Shown here: piece after piece, positions 57,971 through 64,000 of the stretch
How positions within the stretch are numbered: the first letter of the stretch is position 1
How the letters are laid out: each line of letters opens with the position of its first letter
Assembly (NCBI GenBank): GCA_014905635.1
Contig: CM026547.1
Span: 3,596,001 to 3,660,000 of the forward strand
DNA: 64,000 nucleotides
Source of the DNA: Scenedesmus sp. PABB004
Lineage: Eukaryota
Direction of reading: 5' to 3'
The notes under the pieces: model-generated
Told to the model about the DNA's origin: nothing
Database searches by the model: none
The model's input: only the letters and a program-made list of their open reading frames with translations
Program-made: the position numbers and the translations under genes

Positions 57971-58501
57971 CTAAGGGTTTAGCTGCCTGCCGCTGACCCG
58001 GCGGGAGCACGGCCTTGAGCGGCACCACCCGGGCCTGCTGAAGAGCGGAGAGGGGGGCGCTCCATGCGCGCCGGGGGCACTCCATGCGCGCCGCACTGAC
58101 GCCGCGCCTGACGCCGCCGCGAGGCGGCCGAGGCGGCCGAGCGCTCGCGCCTGTTGGGGTGTCTTACACACTGCTTGCACTCCTGGCGGCCCCCGCGCCG
58201 CGCACGAACTTCACGCCGTGCTTCTTCTCAGCACGCGCCCTCCTCTGCCTGTGTGTGGAGATCAAATGGGCCCGGGCGCCGCGCGCGGCAAGTGGGATGT
58301 ACTTGCCCTTGCAGCGCGCTCCCCTCGCGGCCCCGCCGCATGTAATGCCGCGCCGAGCTAGCTGTGCACGTACAGTCGCCAACGCGCGCCGCGCCCGCAA
58401 CGATCACCGCGCCCCGGGGTCGATCGCCGCGGCCCGCCACACCCAGCCCGCCCCCGCACATCCCGCCCGCTGCCCCCGCGCCACGCGCGCGCACGCGCGC
58501 G

Positions 58502-61500
58502 TCACTTGCCGCCGCCGCCGAACCAGCCGCCCGGCTTGCCGGGCTCCTGCCCGCGCACGGTGAGGCCCTGGATGCGCCAGGCCATGTCGCTGCAGAGCAC
58601 GACGTCGTAGTCGACGTCATACTCGTTGCTCCACGCGTTGCCGGCCTGGCCGTCCACGCCCCAGGTGTTGGAGGTCTCGCCGATGCGCGCGGTCACGGTC
58701 ACGCGCTGCCCGCTGCTGCTGCGCGGCGCGAGGCGCGTGACGTCGACCTTCCACACGTGCGACGCGCGGAACCAGCCCTGGGCAGCCCACTCGGCGCTCA
58801 TGTCGGTGAACTGCGCCAGCGCGGGGCCGATGCACACGCCGGGCAGCTTGGACGCGTCAAAGCTGCTGCCCAGCGCGGCCGCCTTGGCCTCCTGGAAGCG
58901 CTTGACCAGGCGCGCCGCGCCGCCGCGGTCGAGCGCGCGCGCCGCAGCGGCACGCTCGCCGCGCGCGACCGCATGCGCCGCGGGCGCGGGCGCGGGCGCC
59001 GCGCCGCGCCGGCTCAGGCCGGCGCCGAGCGCGACCGCGCCGAGCGCGGCGGCCGCGGCGAGCGCGACGGGCCAGCGCGGGCCGAGCCGGGCCTGGAGCG
59101 CGCCGCGCACGCGGCCCACCAGCCCGGCGGCGCCGTCGGCCCGCTCCAGGGCGTGCGGCGCGTCCCAGGCCTCCTCGTCGCCGTCCTCAAAGCCCGCTGC
59201 GCCAGGCTCCATGTCTGCCGCGAGCCGCGCGGCCACCGAGCGCCCGCCGGCGCCGGCCCCAGGTGCGCCGCCGCCGCCGCGCACCTGCAGCCCGAGCCGG
59301 CTGCCCGCGGACGCGGCGCTGGCGGCGATCTGCTGCACCAGCGGCTGCACGCCCGCGACCGCGCCCGCGAGCGCGCTGAGGCGGCCCGCGAGGCCGGCGC
59401 CGCGCTCCAGGTCCTCCTCCAGGCCCGCCGCGACCTCGGGGCTGTCAAAGTAGCGTGGCAGGCTCGCCGCGCCCGGGCGCAGGCCCGAGGTGTCCGGGAA
59501 GCCCGCAAACACGACCTGTCGGGCGGCGCGGGGTGCAGCAGAACGGGCACGTGGGCGGGGGGCGGCGCACGCCGCGGCGCCACGGCCGCGCTGCCCGCCG
59601 CTGGCGCCGCCCCCGGCGGGCCGTCCGCCGCCGCAGCCGCGCCCAAGGGTGGCGGCGCACCTTGGCCATGAAGACCTCGGTGAAGAGGCACAGCCCGCTG
59701 AGCATCTCCGGCTCGCCGGGCGCGCTGTGGCGCGCGAGGAACGCGGCCGCGTCGGGCCCCGCGGGCAGCCGCGTCGCGGCGACGAGGTCGGGCTCGTCGT
59801 CGCTGTCGGCCGGCCCCGGCGCGCGCGCGTCGGCGGGCCACGAGATCGCCGCGTCCGGCGGCGCCCTGCGCGGGCGCGGCGGCGGCGCGGGCGTCAGCTG
59901 CGCGCGGGCGCCGGCGCCGCCGCGCACGCCGCGCGGCGAGCGGGAGCGCGTCGCCGCACTGCGCCGCACCGCGCGGCCGCCTTGATCGACTCCACCGCCG
60001 CCGCGGGGTCGCCGAGCAGCACGCTCGCCACGCCGCGCAGCAGCAGCACCTCACACGACACGGGCACCGCGCGCAGCAGCGCTGCCGCGGTCCGGACGTG
60101 CTCGGGGCGGCGCTCCTTGAAGCCGCGCGCGAGGTGCGCGGTCGCCGCGACCTGCAGCAGCCCGGGGTACAGCCTGCGGCGCGGGCGGCGCGCGCGCGGC
60201 GACTGCGGTCGGCGCGGCCGCCCCCGCGCGGCGTCTCTGCGCGGCTGCGCGCCCCCGACCGCGCGCGCGCACCAGGGCGTCGCGGCCGCGCAGCGCGCGA
60301 CGGCGTCCCAGGGCGCCATGGCCACGATCTCATGGCTGGCCATGCAGTCTACCACGAGGCGCACGTAGTCGCCGTTCACGCCGCTGCCCGCGGGCAGCGC
60401 GCCGGCGCCGGCGCCGCCGTCGGCGGCGGCCGCGGCCGCGAACGAGGCCATGAGCCCGCCGCCGCCGCCGAGCGCGCGGCGCGGCGGCGCGCCGCGGCCG
60501 AGCAGGTCGCGCAGCATCGCGACGGCCTTGCGTCGCGCGGGCGCTGACTCCGGCGCCATCGGGCCGCGCAGCTGGTCGAGGATGCGCTGCACGACGAGGC
60601 CGTCCACCGCGGCCTGGATGTCGGACGCGAGGCCCGGCGCGAGCGGCGGCTCGCCCGCCGCCGCGAGCATCGCCTGCGCCTCCTCCAGCACGAGGCAGCC
60701 GTCCGCGACCTGCGGCGCGGCGCCCGGCGTGTCGGCCCGCGTGTCGGCCCGCGCCGCGCGTCGCGGCGCCGCCCAGCGCGCGCCCAGCGCGCGCCGCGCC
60801 TTTTGGTCGGCCAGCAGGTCGCGCGCCGCGTTGCAGCGGGAGACCGCGAGGGAGAGGATGATGTCGCGCTTGAAGGTCTTGCGCATGTCCCAGTTGTCGA
60901 GCAGCTTGGTCGCGAGGTCCCGCACCGCCGCGTTCTGGTCGAGCTGCGCGAGCAGCGCGAGCGCGCTCGGCAGCAGCTGCACGGGCACGTCCACGCCGCG
61001 GCCGCGCGGCGGCGCGACGCGGCCCTCCGCAAGGACGGCCTGCTCCTTGGCGTAGTCGAGCAGCTCGCGCCGCCCATCCGCGACGTCGGCGGAGTAGCCC
61101 TCCGGCAGCGGCAGCCCCCGCATGTGCTCGTGGGCCTTGGTGATGTCGCAGAGCAGGTAGGAGTCGCGGCCGTGAAGGTCGAGCAGCTGCCGCGGCGCGC
61201 GGCGGCGGCGCGGCGCGGCGGTTGGCGGCGGCCAGCGGCGGTCGCCGCGCCCGCCGCCAACCCCCAGATCCCTGCAGGCCCCCCGCATCGCGGGCCGCGC
61301 ACCTCGGTGGCGTCAAACTCGAGGCGCAGGTACTCGAGCTCCTGCTCCACGTCGCCCGGCGCCCCCTGCTGCTTGAAGCGCGCGACCACGCCGCCGCCGT
61401 CCCGCCCGGCCCGCTGGCCGCCCGGCGCGGGCTGGGGCGGCGCCTGGGCCGTCACGCGCGCCGCCAGGGGCCGCGGCAGACTGCTGGGGCGGGGGCCGGG

Positions 61501-61578
61501 GCGCGCCGGCGCTGTCGGTTGTTGGCGCCTCGCGCGGGCGCCGGGGGCGCCCGCGGGGCCGGCGCGCATCGTCATCAT
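58502..61578 (-). CDS. ARC6/PARC6/Ftn2-family plastid division protein; multi-exon
   Basis: Transit peptide, degenerate J-like region (EGYS....GRRELL), LPSALALL, RDIILSLA, LAPGLASDI, single TM, C-terminal intermembrane domain (AARLVKRFQEAKAAALG..GPAL). Confidence 0.85.
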
Positions 61579-62095
61579 GGCGGGTCGGTGACGCAGGGAC
61601 CGCCGGGAGGCGGGCGAGCCGCCTTGGAGGGGCCGGTCCAGGCGAGCCGCGCTGCAGCGGCGGAGGCGGCGGCGGGCTGCCAGGCGATCGATCGACACGC
61701 GCTGCTCGAGCTGCCGGTGCCCGGCGGCGGGGCCTGGGAGGGCGGCCTGGGCCCCGGCGCTGCGCCGCGGCGCGAGCGACAGCCGGCGTTTGAGCGTCGG
61801 CGGCGGCGGCGCGCGCCGGTCGGGCCGTGATCCTTCACGCTGCGTCGTGCCGCCCTGCTGCCGGGCGCGCGCTGCCAGCAGTCGCCGCGGCAGGGAGGCG
61901 GGCGCAGCGTGCAGCGGGCTGACAGGCGGTCTCCGGCTAGCGCCCACGCGCCCCTCCTCCGCCCTGCCGCACACCCGACGTCGACGAAGACGCTCCCCTC
62001 GCGCCGCCGCGCGCATCAGCGACGACCGCGCTGCGCCACGCGCCGGCGACGCGCTCCGACAGGCAGGATCTCTCGCGCCCCGCGCCGGCCGCGCC

Positions 62096-63373
62096 ATGGC
62101 GTTCGCGCCCAGCCTGCGTAACGCGGCGCCCGCCGCGCGCGCGGGCGCGCGCGGCGCGTGCAGCGGCAGCAGGCGGGCCAGCTGCCGCGTGGCCCGCCCC
62201 CGCGCAATTGCAAAGGTGCGGCGCCCAATGGGCCGCCGCCACGCGCTCAGCGCACCGCTCGCACGGCGCCGCGGCCGGCGTCGCGCCCGGCGGCGGCGTC
62301 TGCGCGGCGCGGCGCCGGCTCCCGCTGCTGCCGCCGCTGCTCCGCCGCGCGGCGCGCCGGCGCGGCCGCCGCATCCGCCCACCGCGCGCCCACCGCGCCG
62401 CGTTGCGCCGTGCAGGAGGAGGCGCCGCCCGCGGCGGCGCCCGCGGCCGCGCCGGACGCGCCGTCGACGTCGAGCGACGCGGGCTACCGCCGGCGCCTCA
62501 CGACCGAGGAGTGGCGCGCGCTGTACGAGAGCGACGGCTACGTCGACCTCTTCCTGCAGGACGACTTCAACTCGGGCGCAAAGATCGTGGTGCGCCGCCG
62601 CCGCCGCCGCCACGCAGCGCCCGCGCCCGCGCCCGCGCCCCGGCCTGCCGCCGCGCCCCGGCCGCGCCGCCTCTCGCCTCACCGCCGCCGGCTGCTCCCC
62701 CTGCCCCCTCCTCCCGCTGTCCCCGCGCCACCAGGACGGTCAGGTGGTGTACCCCGAGTACGGCGTGGGCACGGGCGAGGGCCGCTCGCTCGGCGCGGCG
62801 CCGCGGCACAAGGTGCGCATCATCAACCACTACGCCGACCAGGAGATCGAGGTCGAGGTGCCCGAGGACAGGTGCGGCGACGCGCAGCGCGCGGCGCGCG
62901 GCGCGCGGCGCGCGGCGCGGGCGCGCGCGGGGCGGCCGCGGGCGCGCGGGGCGGCCGCGGGCGCGCGCGGGGCGCGCGGGGCGCGCAGTGCCCGCCTGGC
63001 GCGCGGGCGCCGACCGCGCCCCGCCGCCGCCGCTGCCCCTCTCAGGTACATCCTGTGGGAGGCGGAGGACCAGGGCCTGGAGCTGCCGTGGAGCTGCCGC
63101 ATGGGCTGCTGCACCGCGTGCGCGGTGCGCGTGCGCGAGGGCGCTGTGTCGCAGCCGCAGGCGCTCGGCGTGAGCGAGGAGCTGCGGCGCCAGGGCTACG
63201 CGCTCATGTGCGTGAGCTTCCCCGAGAGCGACTGCCTGCTGGAGACGGTCCCCGAGGATGAGGTGTACGACCTGCAGTTTGGCCGCTACTTTGCGGCGCA
63301 GGCGCTCAACCCCGACGCGCCGAGCGTCGAGCGCGACGACTTTGCGCTCGAGATTGCGCAGATGGACGAGTGA
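62096..63373 (+). CDS. FDX6: Plastid [2Fe-2S] ferredoxin with C-terminal extension (FdC2/FDX6 type); 4 exons
   Basis: VPED|RYILWEAEDQGLELPWSCRMGCCTACAV, QPQALG, GYALMCVSFP, EDEVYDLQFGRYFA, VERDDFALEIAQMDE. Confidence 0.92.
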   Translation: MAFAPSLRNAAPAARAGARGACSGSRRASCRVARPRAIAKVRRPMGRRHALSAPLARRRGRRRARRRRLRGAAPAPAAAAAAPPRGAPARPPHPPTARPPRRVAPCRRRRRPRRRPRPRRTRRRRRATRATAGASRPRSGARCTRATATSTSSCRTTSTRAQRSWCAAAAAATQRPRPRPRPGLPPRPGRAASRLTAAGCSPCPLLPLSPRHQDGQVVYPEYGVGTGEGRSLGAAPRHKVRIINHYADQEIEVEVPEDRCGDAQRAARGARRAARARAGRPRARGAAAGARGARGARSARLARGRRPRPAAAAAPLRYILWEAEDQGLELPWSCRMGCCTACAVRVREGAVSQPQALGVSEELRRQGYALMCVSFPESDCLLETVPEDEVYDLQFGRYFAAQALNPDAPSVERDDFALEIAQMDE

Positions 63374-63774
63374 CGGCGGCCCCGCGGCGGCGGCGGGAGC
63401 AGGGGGAGCGGCGGCGGGGAGCGGCCGGCGGGCTGTGGGGCAGGGAGCGGCGGGGGCGCGTGTGCGCGGGCGGGCTGGCGCGCGTGCCGGGGAGGGGGAG
63501 GGGCGCCTCTTCAGCAGGCGCAACGACGGGGGACGCAGGATGGCGAGCTTGCGCCACGGCGCCGGCGGCGGGGGTGGGCGAGCAGCGGCGGGCTGCGGCT
63601 TTGCGGTGACGCGGCGCGTGCGGCGGTGACGGCTCTTTTCCCTGCGTCCTCGCGCGCTTTCCCTCGCTTTCCCTCGCTTTTCCGCGGAGCGGCGCGCCAT
63701 TCCGCTTCACGCGCGCATCGAATTCGCGCCAAACGCCGAGTCGCGCGCAAACCGGCCTGCGCTCCGCGCGCGCC

Positions 63775-64000
63775 ATGGGCGGCCACGCGCCGGAGCCCGA
63801 CTGCGTGGCGCAGGCCAGCGAGGCTGTCACAAGCGTGCGAGAGCTCAACTCCGCCGCGTGCGGGCTGGAGCACTCGCTGCACGCCGTGCTGGTCGGCGCT
63901 CACAGGCTGGAGGTGCCCCTGGCGGCCCGGCAGCTCTTCCACCAGCAGCAGCACTTCAACGAGCTCGCCGCGGCGGTCAGGCAGCACGCCGACGGCGCGC
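63775..64000 (+). CDS. 5' part of a hypothetical protein running off the window
   Basis: GCCATGG start, open frame MGGHAPEPDC..FHQQQHFNELAAAVRQH with typical codon usage. Confidence 0.5.
   Translation, partial: MGGHAPEPDCVAQASEAVTSVRELNSAACGLEHSLHAVLVGAHRLEVPLAARQLFHQQQHFNELAAAVRQHADGA

Noticed and set aside
61050..61330. No HPD motif in the ARC6-like J-like domain
   Set aside because: ARC6/PARC6/Ftn2 proteins are known to lack a canonical HPD.
5895..62096. Repeated divergent gene pairs with 350-550 bp spacers (MDR/SUMT, LSM1/FLVA, RAD51D/CAND2-like, ARC6-like/FDX6)
   Set aside because: This is a general feature of a compact genome. It is only flagged where the partners are functionally linked.
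1..64000. Hundreds of long Arg/Ala/Pro/Gly-rich ORFs in the six-frame track (e.g. 1408, 1224 and 1088 aa)
   Set aside because: These are shadow frames caused by stop-codon scarcity at extreme GC. The real genes are spliced and only partly overlap them.

Overview
Very GC-rich, gene-dense, intron-rich eukaryotic nuclear DNA. It has the hallmarks of a chlorophyte green alga, probably Sphaeropleales-like (inferred): short GC-rich introns with GTGCGC/GCGCGC donors and GCAG acceptors, TGTAA poly(A) signals, and plastid-targeted genes. Most long ORFs in the supplied track are GC-driven shadow ORFs, so I rebuilt about 26 spliced genes by hand. In order they are: a 4-RRM protein, an NDUFA3-like complex I subunit, a Zn-MDR dehydrogenase, a uroporphyrinogen-III methyltransferase-like protein, an S/T-P-rich hypothetical, a ZCCHC10-like protein, a CBP60/SARD1-like factor, a divergent pair of Twinkle paralogues, GAPN, SEC14, a hypothetical, dynein LC3-like thioredoxin, PUM24/Puf6, NIP7, a Cys-rich lumenal protein, LSM1, FLVA, SLP1, an apyrase, RAD51D, CAND2/TPRA1, a bestrophin-like channel, an ARC6-like protein, FDX6/FdC2 and a partial ORF. 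Four things stand out. (1) A head-to-head 'split Twinkle': one copy keeps the helicase but has lost the zinc finger and primase catalytic residues, while the other keeps a complete primase and has no helicase. (2) Five intronic box C/D snoRNAs in the divergent 60S-biogenesis pair PUM24/NIP7, three of which use a covarying non-canonical box pair (..GACGA / CCGA). (3) A land-plant-immunity-type CBP60 domain with an added Cys-rich module. (4) Frequent GC-AG introns. Exon boundaries were read by eye, and family and rRNA-target assignments come from recalled motifs, not database searches.
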